From Fidelibacterota bacterium (lineage in GTDB: Bacteria > Fidelibacterota > UBA8477): 56,029 bases of DNA. Every line of letters starts with the position of its first letter. Positions within the stretch are counted from its first letter, which is position 1. This document shows, one piece after another, positions 27,443-37,907 of the stretch. The notes beneath the pieces were generated by a model that was not told the DNA's origin, ran no database searches, and saw only the letters and a program-made list of their open reading frames with translations. The translations under genes were made by a program, and so were the position numbers. The stretch lies in assembly GCA_021734045.1 (NCBI GenBank), contig JAIPJR010000003.1, positions 1 to 56,029 of the forward strand, given 5' to 3'.

Positions 27443-28351
27443 ATGTCCAGATTAGAAAAAAAATTTCGCCGGATCGCTCAAAAACTCACCCACCTGGAGA
27501 TTCAGGCGGGTCTATCCAATGGGTTCGATCTGAGGCTTGATGACCTGTTCGCGGACGGTCGTCCGATCCAAAGCAGCAACCTTTTTCTGGGGAAGTATTC
27601 CCGGGACGGCATCGCGCTCATAATCAAACGCTTTGGCTTTGACAGGCTGTTGAGGCGGCGTGGTTTAGGACATTTGGATATTGTCTGCGACACGTCGGAT
27701 CCTTACCGACATATTTTGCGAATTTATCATAACAAGCAACACACGACGGAAAATCTGGTTTGCGAACTGGTGGCTCATCAGGATGTTTTGCGGGTAAAAA
27801 ACACACTGGAAAGCGCATATCCCTTCGGCGCTATTAAGGTGGTTAACATTGAGTGGATGATCCTGCAGAACCCCACTGCCCAATTCACACCCACCCGTCC
27901 CCCACTGCCGGGTCAGCAATATCCCGGTCTGGGGATTGGAGATGAAGTGTTGGCGCTGCTCATCATCATGGGGCGGCACCTGCAGGTAGACGGCTTACTC
28001 AATGTGCCTCAGTACTACCACACGGCACTCATGTTTTCCAAGCGGTTCAATTTTATTAATCCACAGATGCAAGCAACGGTTCAGACCATTACCCGGGATT
28101 TGTGGAAGCGGCACCGCCTGGCGACGATCGCCTGGGCGATTTATTATGAATGTCTGTACGATGAATTTCGGGGAAAATATTTTGTCTGGGAGCCCGAAGA
28201 ACAGTTGATTCCGGTAACTCCCCTGGTTCGCAAGTATTTTCAATCCACTGAATATATTTCCCGGGTAGAAGCAGCCATGGAAGGAATGAAATTTCGTCTG
28301 GATGAGAAAAAACTTGCGGCCTGTCTGAAAAAATCCGGTCCCAACCTCTAA
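27443..28351 (+). CDS. Conserved hypothetical protein (possible acyltransferase-like domain)
   Basis: IEWMILQNP...PLPGQQYPGLG...NVPQYYHTA. From memory it resembles the C-terminal domain of some bacterial HDAC-like proteins; this is unverified. Confidence 0.55.
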   Translation: MSRLEKKFRRIAQKLTHLEIQAGLSNGFDLRLDDLFADGRPIQSSNLFLGKYSRDGIALIIKRFGFDRLLRRRGLGHLDIVCDTSDPYRHILRIYHNKQHTTENLVCELVAHQDVLRVKNTLESAYPFGAIKVVNIEWMILQNPTAQFTPTRPPLPGQQYPGLGIGDEVLALLIIMGRHLQVDGLLNVPQYYHTALMFSKRFNFINPQMQATVQTITRDLWKRHRLATIAWAIYYECLYDEFRGKYFVWEPEEQLIPVTPLVRKYFQSTEYISRVEAAMEGMKFRLDEKKLAACLKKSGPNL

Positions 28352-28466
28352 AAACGCCTCACACACCCCCACACATTTTTTAATCCAGTCATATGCCGAC
28401 CATTGCTTTGGTCATGGCAAGACGAAGACTACTAAATCCTACTTAGTCTGTGGGTGCGGCTTCCGG

Positions 28467-28661
28467 CTAATCCAGATCAATGACCGAAGAGCGCCAGACC
28501 GTCGTACCCTCGTCCGGTTGGCTCACAATTTCATCCCGGGGTATTGCGTACTGGATAATGAGCAGGGTAAACAATGCCACCAGGGCAATTGTCCATAATA
28601 TGCGGCTGCCGGAGATGGTGTTTCGTTTCGGTTCTCTAAACGATTTCAAGGTTTGAACCAC
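28467..28661 (-). CDS. Small single-TM hypothetical protein
   Basis: 64 aa with one hydrophobic helix; overlaps the end of the TatT-like gene. Confidence 0.45.
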   Translation of the reverse strand: MVQTLKSFREPKRNTISGSRILWTIALVALFTLLIIQYAIPRDEIVSQPDEGTTVWRSSVIDLD

Positions 28662-29527
28662 CCTTCCTGCTTTGCCTGGAGTAACAGGTATTCAGCGCGT
28701 TTTTTCTCGTAAAAATTTTCAGGTCCAACGGGCGAGCGTGAATCCACCGAACTGGTTACCACGCGCGTCAATAATTGATAAAACAGATTCTCGTCTTTTG
28801 TCAGACGGGCATAGTATTCTGCCATCAGCGTGTAGGTCCCCAAATAATCGGGTGCCGCAGCGATAGCATTTTCGAAGTGTTGTCTAGCCTGAACCATGGC
28901 ATTTTCCCCAGCCAGAGGATCGACACACAACATAGCGCCCATGAAACGGTCGTAAGCGCCGTAGTAAAAATTGGCATCCAGGGCATGGATATGGTTTATC
29001 ACCGCTAAAATCCACGGACGTTGACCCCGTTGGACGATTTCACCCTTGGTAGCCGCCCACTTGGCCAGGCACGCTGTTCCCCAGTACAATACCTGATTAT
29101 ACTCTGCTCCCAGAGATTGGACCGCCAGCTTTGGATCACCGGAGGTGGCCAGAACCGACTGGTAGGTTTTTGATTGACTGAGAATCTGGCGGGTCATGGT
29201 GTATCCCTCGGCAAAAAGGTTATCCCGCCGGGTGGAATCCTGCCAGTTGATATAGTCGGCGTTAAAGTAGTAGACGTGTACCAATTTCGCCCAGATGGGG
29301 AGGGCTGTACTGTCCCGAGTGGCAAGATATTCGTAAGCGTAAAGTGCATCCAATGCGTTGTCCGGATCCTGCCGTCCAGCCCACAGACTGTCAGCAAGTT
29401 GTTGGGAAATTTCAATAAGTTGTTTGTTCACCCCCGGCAAGTCTGAGGGACTTGGGGTAGGTTTAATACAGCCATGAAACAGCCAAACGACCCAGAATAT
29501 ACTGATGTAAAATCGCCAGCTTTTCAC
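28646..29527 (-). CDS. TatT-like (TRAP-T component) TPR lipoprotein
   Basis: Lipobox LFHGC; YYGAYDRFMG, ARQHFENAI, AEYYA, PENFYEKKRAEYLL. Confidence 0.7.
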   Translation of the reverse strand: MKSWRFYISIFWVVWLFHGCIKPTPSPSDLPGVNKQLIEISQQLADSLWAGRQDPDNALDALYAYEYLATRDSTALPIWAKLVHVYYFNADYINWQDSTRRDNLFAEGYTMTRQILSQSKTYQSVLATSGDPKLAVQSLGAEYNQVLYWGTACLAKWAATKGEIVQRGQRPWILAVINHIHALDANFYYGAYDRFMGAMLCVDPLAGENAMVQARQHFENAIAAAPDYLGTYTLMAEYYARLTKDENLFYQLLTRVVTSSVDSRSPVGPENFYEKKRAEYLLLQAKQEGWFKP

Positions 29528-29648
29528 CCCGGACCCCGTCTTGATAACTCCTGTGCGCTCCGCTGTGGAGCGGGCGCAAATTTAGAGCCTCAAAATTGCG
29601 CTCTCAAGTGTTAATAAGGGCGTAAGGCAGAAATTTTACAGCGGCGAT

Positions 29649-31952
29649 TTACGAAAGAATTCTATCAACCAACAGCACCAGATCCAGCACATTCACCAGG
29701 CCATCGTCATTCTGGTCGGCCGCCGTGACTTGGGGTGGTGTTAAGGAGTTTTCCTGTAAAATAGCAGCAACCACCAACAATACATCCTGCACATTCAGCA
29801 GGCCATCGGCATTGATATCGCCGGATATCAGCGTCCCGTCGTGCCATCCGTGAACGGCAATGTCATCCACAACAAAACCGTCCCCGCTGACATAATTATC
29901 ACTTCGCAGGACAAATGCTAACCTGAATGAACTGCTGGCTGCAAATGGCGATAAATCCAAAGACTCATCCACCCAGCCAATCTGCTCACCATGGTATCCG
30001 GGTTCCCCCAGCGGCTGGGCAGATTCACCATTTCCCGGGACAGTAAATTCACCCGCCAGGGGTTCCCAAGTGGTGCCATCGTCTGCAGAACCCAGGACCT
30101 GAACAAAATCCCAATTGGCCTCCACATCCCATCTGGCTTTAAAGGTGAGTAGAGGATGAATCGTCTGACTCAGGTCAATGGTGGAATCCAGATACATAAA
30201 TAGTTCGGCACTGTTAGGATAATCACCGGCCGGTGAATCGGTAAATGCATAATCGCCTGAAAATGCATCGCTCGTGACACCCCAACTTTGGCTGGTCCAC
30301 CAAGACATTCCATTTTCCGCGTCGTCAGCGAAAATGGTGTTGGGCGTGCCTACCATCCAGGTAAGTGTATCCCGTCTCACATACTCCCCACTCACGGGAA
30401 TGCTGACCACCAGTATTGCTTGTTCGCCATAACCGGCAGTCACTGCGATTCCGGTATTGGAATTGGCGACCTGAATTGTTGTCATTGGATTGATGCTATC
30501 CACCGTCCAGACGGAATCTGCAAGGGCCAGAGATCCATCCGGTGAGGTGAGAAAAATTTCCTGCGATTCACCGGTACTGGTCTCAAAACCTTTGTTACGA
30601 ACCCACATATTTAGACCGTAGGTACCGCTGGGGTCCAAAAAGCCATCAACCCCGGTGAACGCCAGGGTGTCAAGCACCAGATAATGCCCCGCCACCAACG
30701 CCAGATGGATATTGGCGCTCAGGTTTTCCAGTTCCATAGCCTCAATATTTCCGGCCGGCGGCCAAAACCCGCCATCGGCAAATCCGCCAACTTCCGGCGT
30801 GAAATTGATGATGCCTTCCGAACCATACATCCAGTCAACCGCATCACCATTGGTAAGGTACCCGACTGTTTCGTCACCGGTTCCAAACAAATAGCCGTTC
30901 TCGGCCGTTAAATCCGCTCCCAAAGCCATGTAAATGGAATAGTCCGGCTCCTCAGGGACAGCCCCTACCGCATAGCCAAACGGCATAATCAGTAAATCCG
31001 AATAGGTATGGTAATTAAAGACAGTGGTAAAATCATGCGCCAGGGTGAAATCACGTAACGCCTGGGTTTCCGGTTCTGAAAATGCGGCCGTCCCACGGTA
31101 AGTTTCAGAACAGGCATTTGGGCTGGAACCAGTATCATCGAAGCCCCATAAGTAGCCGAAATTCCGGTTTAAATCAACACCAGGGGTGCTGGCACAGCCC
31201 GGCTGGAGATTTTTGCGGTGCATACCTCCGCCATCAGGATAATGGGTCTCGTTATACACATAACCATCCGGATTCACAATGGGGACGAACCATAACTCAC
31301 GGTTATCTACCAAATATTTGTATTCCGGATTGGTTGCATAGCCGTCTACCAATTGAAAAACGTAGTACAATACCGTCATCATGGCGGCGGGCTCCCTGGC
31401 GTGGATGAGGGCGTTATAGAAAACCTCCGGCTCATCCTCGTCCACATCCACATTATCCGATAGTTTGAATGCCCAGATATCGCGCCCTTGTACCGATTGA
31501 CCGATGCTGATTTTTTCACTTACCAGGTCGGGGTGAGCAGCGTGGAGTGAGTCTAACAGCCACCCCACTTCCGCATAGGTGTAATACCCGCCCATGCTGC
31601 CATATCCAAATTCCCGACTGGGTGATTCAATCAACAAGCGCGCTTCATTATCAGCGGCCATATCCGGCTCCATTACATCCAACCGAAAGCCGGCGTTACG
31701 AATGGCCGTGACGGCAGACGCTGTGGCCACACCTTCAACAAAAGTTTGCTGCTTTACCCGTGCGCCCTCCTGTTCGAATCCCAGCCGCACAATCTCACCC
31801 AATTCCTGCTGGGAGGTAATCCAAACCCGAACCCACTGATAGCGCATTTCCGCCGCAGAGAGACGGGCAAATCCAACGATTACCAGGACCACGACAAGCA
31901 GGGGTCGGTAAAATTTCAGGAGGGAAGATTTAGTATTAAGCCGGTTTAGCAT
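29649..31952 (-). CDS. Secreted M14 zinc carboxypeptidase with beta-sandwich domains and a C-terminal dockerin
   Basis: HAREP, NPDG, GVDLNRNF, HTY, FTPE. C-terminal duplicated GDINADGLLNVQD and DQNDDGLVNVLD. Confidence 0.92.
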   Translation of the reverse strand: MLNRLNTKSSLLKFYRPLLVVVLVIVGFARLSAAEMRYQWVRVWITSQQELGEIVRLGFEQEGARVKQQTFVEGVATASAVTAIRNAGFRLDVMEPDMAADNEARLLIESPSREFGYGSMGGYYTYAEVGWLLDSLHAAHPDLVSEKISIGQSVQGRDIWAFKLSDNVDVDEDEPEVFYNALIHAREPAAMMTVLYYVFQLVDGYATNPEYKYLVDNRELWFVPIVNPDGYVYNETHYPDGGGMHRKNLQPGCASTPGVDLNRNFGYLWGFDDTGSSPNACSETYRGTAAFSEPETQALRDFTLAHDFTTVFNYHTYSDLLIMPFGYAVGAVPEEPDYSIYMALGADLTAENGYLFGTGDETVGYLTNGDAVDWMYGSEGIINFTPEVGGFADGGFWPPAGNIEAMELENLSANIHLALVAGHYLVLDTLAFTGVDGFLDPSGTYGLNMWVRNKGFETSTGESQEIFLTSPDGSLALADSVWTVDSINPMTTIQVANSNTGIAVTAGYGEQAILVVSIPVSGEYVRRDTLTWMVGTPNTIFADDAENGMSWWTSQSWGVTSDAFSGDYAFTDSPAGDYPNSAELFMYLDSTIDLSQTIHPLLTFKARWDVEANWDFVQVLGSADDGTTWEPLAGEFTVPGNGESAQPLGEPGYHGEQIGWVDESLDLSPFAASSSFRLAFVLRSDNYVSGDGFVVDDIAVHGWHDGTLISGDINADGLLNVQDVLLVVAAILQENSLTPPQVTAADQNDDGLVNVLDLVLLVDRILS

Positions 31953-31985
31953 GGAGGGATTTCCTTTTAGTGAGCGTATGAACCT

Positions 31986-34916
31986 TTAAAATGCATAGTT
32001 GAAACTAAATGACCAATCCCCCGGAACCCAGTTGACATTTTCATCACGCCAATCGTACAAGCCAAGGGGCACATCAATGCGTAGATGAACCGGGGCCAGA
32101 CTGGCAGTGAGCCAATTGGTACGGATCCATTGATAGCGCAGCAAGAGGCTGACGCCCCCATCTCCCAGCGTGTTCCAGGTTCCCGGTTGCTGGAGCGCAA
32201 ATTGTCCCACATCAGCAAAGATGGCCGTGGTGATGTCAACGGGAAGCGGCATATGATTCAACCGGCGTTCCGCCTGTAGATTGAATGCCCACATAAAAGG
32301 TGCGTAAACAGGCGCTGCCGACCAGCCTCTTAGGTTTCCGCCACCAGGCACGCGATAGTGTTTAGCCATTTCCGACAGGTCACTGGTCAGGCCAAGATAG
32401 CGGTTCGCGTCCGAATTAAACTGATGAATTCGCGCGGCGCCACTGGTGGCCGGCAGCTGTTCAACGGGAGCATCCCCGTCTGTTGCGAAACCGGTGAACC
32501 GGGACCGGAGCGTCATGAACGACCAGTTTTTAGTCCGGGTCATACTAAATTCCAATTGACTGAAGGATACACGCCGATTACACAGTGCCGCAGGACCAAA
32601 AGCTGTTTGCGCGTAGAAATTGGCATTGCGGAGCGTCAAATCATACCGGGTTAGAAATTGCGTGTACTGACCAGCCACTGGCAACATGGTATTTACACGA
32701 TCAATATAGACATAATTTACAGCCAGCTTCAGCGCGTGGATGGGCTCTTTCCACAAAACAGCTGACCAGCGTTGTTTGAATGAAAGCTCAGCCTGAGTGA
32801 TACCTTCCAGGAAAGACGCCTCCAGAAGTCCGGTCAATTCCCCACCGCTAAAATTGAATTTCCCCGGCCAGTGTAGGCGCCAGTCTACCGGTTCATCACT
32901 GGCTGAGAGCCATAGCTGTGCGTCAAATTTTCGCATCAATCCCCGGTAATTGCCTCGGAAATCCAGTCCCAGTTTTGTGCCACTGGCATCGGTGTACCCT
33001 ACCAAGGGGGCATACTCCACTGTGTAGGCATCTGGCCGGTAGTTAGCCCAGCCGTGGAGCCGGTAGCGCAGATCCAGTTTGCTGCGGGCATCATTATTCA
33101 GACGGTTCGCGTCCATGAAAATGTCATCAGGATCGATCACCACATTCACCGGTTTGAAGGGCGAGCGAATCGTTACAACGCCATCGGATCGATATCGAAA
33201 CCGGTCCAGTGTACCGGTCTCACGCTGATTGCGCTTCCCAATGACTGCTACATCCACCGGCATGTAATAGGGTCCCACCCGCTTCACCCGTACCGTGGTT
33301 TCGAATCCACCCGCAGCGAGTGGTTTGACTTTGTATCCGTCCAGTGCGTAATCAACGTAGCCGGGTGTCAGAAGCCATTGCTCAAAAAACCAATCTAAAT
33401 CTTCACCACTGGCATCCTCCATCGCTTTGATAAAGTCGGGTGTGGAGGGATGTTTTAGGGCAAATCTGTCATAATAAAGCCGCATACCCTGCAAGAAGCG
33501 CGCTTCACCCAGATAATCCTTCAGCACCGATAGCATGAGTCCCGCTTTGGTATAAACATTCCGCCGGTAGGATTCGTCGTGAATAAAATCCTGACTGCGT
33601 TTCAGAATCGGTTCATTACGAGGCGAGAGCATGTAAGTAAGCGCAAGAAATCGGTCTTCCTCCAGTCGGGAGAGCCACGGTAGGCGTTGGTACTCAAAAT
33701 CGGTGGCTGTATTATTCCAAAAGCGGTCTTCACGGTTGGGATAACGGGTCTCCTGATACCAGCGGGTCTGAAAAGTGGTAAAGCCTTCATCCAGCCAGGC
33801 TTCGTTCATTTCGTCGTTCCCCAAAATACCATAGAACCAGTTATGGCCGATTTCGTGAACCACCAATCCCTCGCTGCTGTAACCATCCATAATCAGCATG
33901 GGATATTCCATGCCGCCACCACCTCTGGATTTCACGATAGTCATTTGTGGATAGGGATAGGGACCAAACCGCGTGCTGAGCCACGCCAGCGCTCGCTCGC
34001 CATATTTAACCTCTTTGCCGCTCCACTCCGAACCCGCAGTGCGGTCGTACAGCACATGGACATCAAGGCCGTTCCATTCACCATGCTCATAAACCAAATC
34101 AGGCGATGCCACCCATGCAAAATCGTGGACCTGCTCTGCCTGGAATGTCACCGACTTGCGCGCCTTTTCCGGCAGGTTAGTCCGGTAGCTGTGGTAAGTG
34201 GCGGCATTCTGCTGATTCCATTCCACCCAATTCACGGTTGTATCCACCCACACATTTACCCAACCCGGATCGCCGTCAATCACCTCACCGGTGGCGCCCA
34301 CAATATAATCCTCCGGTACATTCAGCGTCACGCGAAAGCTTCCAAATTCACCATAGAACTCACCCCAATCCCCGAAGGGGTCAGCCCGCCAGCCATTTTT
34401 ATCGTAAACCACGAACTTGGGATACCATTGGGTCATGTCGAATTGCTCATCTTCCCAGCCTGACCGGTCAAAGTGCTCGTGAATAAGCGAAGTCCAATCC
34501 AGCCTGAAAGTCAACCGCTGTCCCGGTTGCAGCGGCTGGTTCAGAACAATACGCAAAAGCGTGTCATCAAATATGGTATGCTCCAACTGCGTATTGGCGG
34601 CGTCGGTCAAATCGATGGCATTTTCGATGCGGATTCCGGTCCAGGGCTTATCCGGGTCCGGCCGGCCCCATCCCGTCTCACGCGCCTGCTCATCCAGAAT
34701 ACTCCCCGGATTGAATGCGTTGGGAAAAAGGTGCATGAGCAGAAAACTGAGGGTATCAGGCGAATGATTCGAATAGGTCAATGTGGAGCTGGCGGTGAGG
34801 CGTTTCGCTTCCGTGTCCAGGTGGACATCCATGTCATATGCCACCTCCTGCTGCCAATACCCAAACAAATTTGTTACCAACAGCGTCCCCGCTAAAAATA
34901 AAATCCACTTTCCCAT
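31986..34916 (-). CDS. M1 family aminopeptidase with C-terminal Omp85-like barrel
   Basis: GGMEYP, HEIGH-x18-E (WLDEG), VYTK. C-terminal GGGNLRG, FADVG, RIDVP and FSFNYAF. Confidence 0.85.
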   Translation of the reverse strand: MGKWILFLAGTLLVTNLFGYWQQEVAYDMDVHLDTEAKRLTASSTLTYSNHSPDTLSFLLMHLFPNAFNPGSILDEQARETGWGRPDPDKPWTGIRIENAIDLTDAANTQLEHTIFDDTLLRIVLNQPLQPGQRLTFRLDWTSLIHEHFDRSGWEDEQFDMTQWYPKFVVYDKNGWRADPFGDWGEFYGEFGSFRVTLNVPEDYIVGATGEVIDGDPGWVNVWVDTTVNWVEWNQQNAATYHSYRTNLPEKARKSVTFQAEQVHDFAWVASPDLVYEHGEWNGLDVHVLYDRTAGSEWSGKEVKYGERALAWLSTRFGPYPYPQMTIVKSRGGGGMEYPMLIMDGYSSEGLVVHEIGHNWFYGILGNDEMNEAWLDEGFTTFQTRWYQETRYPNREDRFWNNTATDFEYQRLPWLSRLEEDRFLALTYMLSPRNEPILKRSQDFIHDESYRRNVYTKAGLMLSVLKDYLGEARFLQGMRLYYDRFALKHPSTPDFIKAMEDASGEDLDWFFEQWLLTPGYVDYALDGYKVKPLAAGGFETTVRVKRVGPYYMPVDVAVIGKRNQRETGTLDRFRYRSDGVVTIRSPFKPVNVVIDPDDIFMDANRLNNDARSKLDLRYRLHGWANYRPDAYTVEYAPLVGYTDASGTKLGLDFRGNYRGLMRKFDAQLWLSASDEPVDWRLHWPGKFNFSGGELTGLLEASFLEGITQAELSFKQRWSAVLWKEPIHALKLAVNYVYIDRVNTMLPVAGQYTQFLTRYDLTLRNANFYAQTAFGPAALCNRRVSFSQLEFSMTRTKNWSFMTLRSRFTGFATDGDAPVEQLPATSGAARIHQFNSDANRYLGLTSDLSEMAKHYRVPGGGNLRGWSAAPVYAPFMWAFNLQAERRLNHMPLPVDITTAIFADVGQFALQQPGTWNTLGDGGVSLLLRYQWIRTNWLTASLAPVHLRIDVPLGLYDWRDENVNWVPGDWSFSFNYAF

Positions 34917-35092
34917 ATCACCTATCCCCCTCTAAAAACTTTAGTCTCCTTAATAACCTTCCGCCCGGGGCGCAAAAAACCATTTCTCCCGTCTGATTCT
35001 GGATTGGTAAAATGTAAACGAAATGGCGATGGATACAAAGCGAGGCCACACCTCATCACGACACACAATGGTGGTGAAAAAAACCCGATACT

Positions 35093-36904
35093 TTATTGCG
35101 CTTCAGCTTGCTGTAAGCGATTCAGAAATTCATCTGCTTTTTCAAATCCGGTCAGGCGTAGCGCGGTCAATTCTTTTCCCGCGGAGGAAATGAATATATA
35201 GGTAGGAACTCCCTTCACGGCATATCGGCGCTGCAGCGTCTGTTCATACGCACCCTTTGCCGTGGTGAGATCAATTTTAATGAGCTGGAATGCGTTGGCC
35301 CGTTCGATTACGCGGGGATCCGCAAAAGTAAAATTATCCATCTCCCGGCAGGGAATACACCAGTCTGCATAAAAGTCCAGCAGAATCGGTTTATCTGTCT
35401 CCAAGGCAGCATCAAAAGCTTCCATTGTGGTCGGTTTTTGCCAATCCACCTCAGCCGTAGCCTGAACCGTTTTCCCGGGCATCAGCAGCCAGGTAGAAAG
35501 CACTATCGCCCCAATACCAATGACATTTTTCAGGGTCATGAAAATCGGCGCATCACGGCCATTTTTATCCAAAACGATCAGATAAAAACCGGACAGAAAA
35601 ATAAACCCGCCGAATAGCCAATTACCCGCCGTGCCCAATAATGGTAGGATGAAATAAATAGCCATGCCAATGAGGATCAGACCAAAAATGACCCGGACAC
35701 CCACCATCCAGGCACCGGAACGGGGCAGGTTATGAATGCGGCTGGAAAACATTGCTAAAAACAGATAGGGCAAGCCCAATCCTAAAGCCAAAACAAAGAA
35801 CATCCAGAATCCCAACACGACACTCTGCAATTGGGCCACATAAGTGAGCAGCCCAATGACGAACGGACCCACACAGGGGGCCGCCACGATCCCCAGTGTC
35901 AGCCCCATAAACAGCGCGCCAAATATGCCCGAACGGCTGCGCCCGGCCGCCAGCATTAATCCGGAGGGTAAACGGAATTCATAGACACCAAACATGGACA
36001 AGGATAGCGCCACCAGCAATAGCGCAATTCCCACCAGGACAATGGGATTGGTGAGGAGTGAGCCGAACAGGGCACCGGTACTGGCTGCAATCACGCCCAG
36101 AATGGAGTAGGTAATGGCAATGCCCAGCACATAGGCCAGGGCTGCCTGGAAAGTCTTGCCTCGCGAGGTATCCCGTCCTCCGAAAAAACTTACCGTGATG
36201 GGAATTAACGGATAGACACACGGTGTCAGATTGAGCGCCAGTCCACCCAGAAAAATTAATAGAAAGGTTAAAAAGAGCCCCTTATCATCCACCAAGCCGG
36301 CAATATTATCAGCGTCCAGTGTTTCCGGTTCCGCATTCGCACCAGCCTCCTCTCCCATGGGCACAGATTCGGTAAAAACTTCCGGATGCTGCTGCGTGAT
36401 CTCACTTCCCAGCGGAACGACCGTCAGGCTGATTTGAAAGGGAATTTCCACCGGGATCAGACAGGTCTTGTCATCACACGGCTGGTAACTCACACCCCCT
36501 TTTAGCTTTACCGATGTTAGCGCCGGATCGGTGGCAGTGAGTGTGTTAAACAGGGTAATCCGGCCACCATAAACGGCTGCCGGCTCATCAATTCCCGCCA
36601 CTGCCAGCATCTCCGGTTCCGGAAATTGCCAGCCCGACAGCGTAACGCCCTCCACTGGCTCCATACTGACTTCTGTGGGTATGGTGAACGCCTCTTCATC
36701 TCCCGGGGCGTAAATATGCCAACCTGGCAGGATATCCAAGACCAGTGCGATACGAACCGATTGCTGCAGGACAACTTCTGACTGGTGGGTGTAGGGTTTT
36801 ACCGAGACCACCTCATCGGCAGAAAGGTTCTGGGCAATGAGTGTTCCGGGTGCCACGCTAAGCAGCAGTGCGAAAACGAGGAGATGAGGAGGTAATCGTT
36901 TCAT
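35093..36904 (-). CDS. dsbD: Thiol:disulfide interchange protein DsbD
   Basis: N-domain CDDKTC; TM domain LTPCVYP and AAPCVGP; thioredoxin WCIPC. Confidence 0.92.
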   Translation of the reverse strand: MKRLPPHLLVFALLLSVAPGTLIAQNLSADEVVSVKPYTHQSEVVLQQSVRIALVLDILPGWHIYAPGDEEAFTIPTEVSMEPVEGVTLSGWQFPEPEMLAVAGIDEPAAVYGGRITLFNTLTATDPALTSVKLKGGVSYQPCDDKTCLIPVEIPFQISLTVVPLGSEITQQHPEVFTESVPMGEEAGANAEPETLDADNIAGLVDDKGLFLTFLLIFLGGLALNLTPCVYPLIPITVSFFGGRDTSRGKTFQAALAYVLGIAITYSILGVIAASTGALFGSLLTNPIVLVGIALLLVALSLSMFGVYEFRLPSGLMLAAGRSRSGIFGALFMGLTLGIVAAPCVGPFVIGLLTYVAQLQSVVLGFWMFFVLALGLGLPYLFLAMFSSRIHNLPRSGAWMVGVRVIFGLILIGMAIYFILPLLGTAGNWLFGGFIFLSGFYLIVLDKNGRDAPIFMTLKNVIGIGAIVLSTWLLMPGKTVQATAEVDWQKPTTMEAFDAALETDKPILLDFYADWCIPCREMDNFTFADPRVIERANAFQLIKIDLTTAKGAYEQTLQRRYAVKGVPTYIFISSAGKELTALRLTGFEKADEFLNRLQQAEAQ

Positions 36905-36992
36905 GAATCTATCCTTGACTGGGAATTGAACAAATTTGACGCATCGTGGATTTGAGACAGGGAGAATGCGATGGGTTACATTTTAAGCGGTG

Positions 36993-37907
36993 TCAGCGAG
37001 CAAATCGTCTGAGCCGGCTCAGCCAGGGATGCCGGTAGCGCCAGAGTGCCTGATGAATCTCTTCCAAATGGGTTTCTGCAGCCGTTCGACCAGCCTGTAC
37101 AAACTCTTCGGTGCGATCAAATTCCGACCAGTGAATCCCAATGAAAGGTGGCATGATAACCACATCTGATTCCCGATTCAATAACATCCGGTAGTGATAG
37201 GATTTAATGCCTTCCGCCTGCGACATAATAGCCATGGCGTTATCAATAGGTGCGTCGGCGTTGATGGACTGTCCCACATCTACTGCTACCACCACATCGG
37301 CACCCATCTTCCGGGCCAGTCGGACAGGAACCTGCTGGGTGACTCCGCCATCCACCAGTGTTCGCCCGTTAACCTGAACCGGTGGAACAAATCCCGGAAT
37401 CGCCGAACTGGCCAGAATTGCGGTCACCAAATCACCACTGGTGAAATACACATCCTCTCCGCTTTTAAGATCAGTCGCCACAACGCCCAGGCTCACGCCA
37501 TCCCGTACCCAACGATCCTCGGTGATTAAAAACTCTGTCACCTGCCGGAGTTTATCCAGGCGAATTAAACCCGGCCGGGATTGGGCCAGGTTAATGACAA
37601 TGCGATCCTGAACAAACCGGGCAACCTGATGCCAGAATGACCCGCCCTGACGATCCTGCACATGGATTCTCCCAACGCCCAGGTTCTGGTATAAATCGCT
37701 GTGAAAAAGCGCTAGTAAATCTTCAATAATGCCCTGCACATCACCATGTTTGATGTACAAGCCTCCCACCACCGACCCAAAACTGGAACCGGCGATAATG
37801 TCCGGACGTATGCCCGCTTCAGCCAGTACCTGCAGGACCCCGATATGGGCAAACCCCCGGGCACCACCGCCCCCCAGTGCCAATCCAAGTACCGGTTTAG
37901 CTGGCAT
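36993..37907 (-). CDS. Patatin-like phospholipase
   Basis: GGGGARG, GSSFG, DGG. Confidence 0.92.
   Translation of the reverse strand: MPAKPVLGLALGGGGARGFAHIGVLQVLAEAGIRPDIIAGSSFGSVVGGLYIKHGDVQGIIEDLLALFHSDLYQNLGVGRIHVQDRQGGSFWHQVARFVQDRIVINLAQSRPGLIRLDKLRQVTEFLITEDRWVRDGVSLGVVATDLKSGEDVYFTSGDLVTAILASSAIPGFVPPVQVNGRTLVDGGVTQQVPVRLARKMGADVVVAVDVGQSINADAPIDNAMAIMSQAEGIKSYHYRMLLNRESDVVIMPPFIGIHWSEFDRTEEFVQAGRTAAETHLEEIHQALWRYRHPWLSRLRRFAR

Noticed and set aside
33687-34463. Long antisense ORFs (33687-34463, 25094-25756, 37729-38400, 45727-46296)
   Set aside because: They are shadows of well-supported genes on the opposite strand and have no recognisable motifs.
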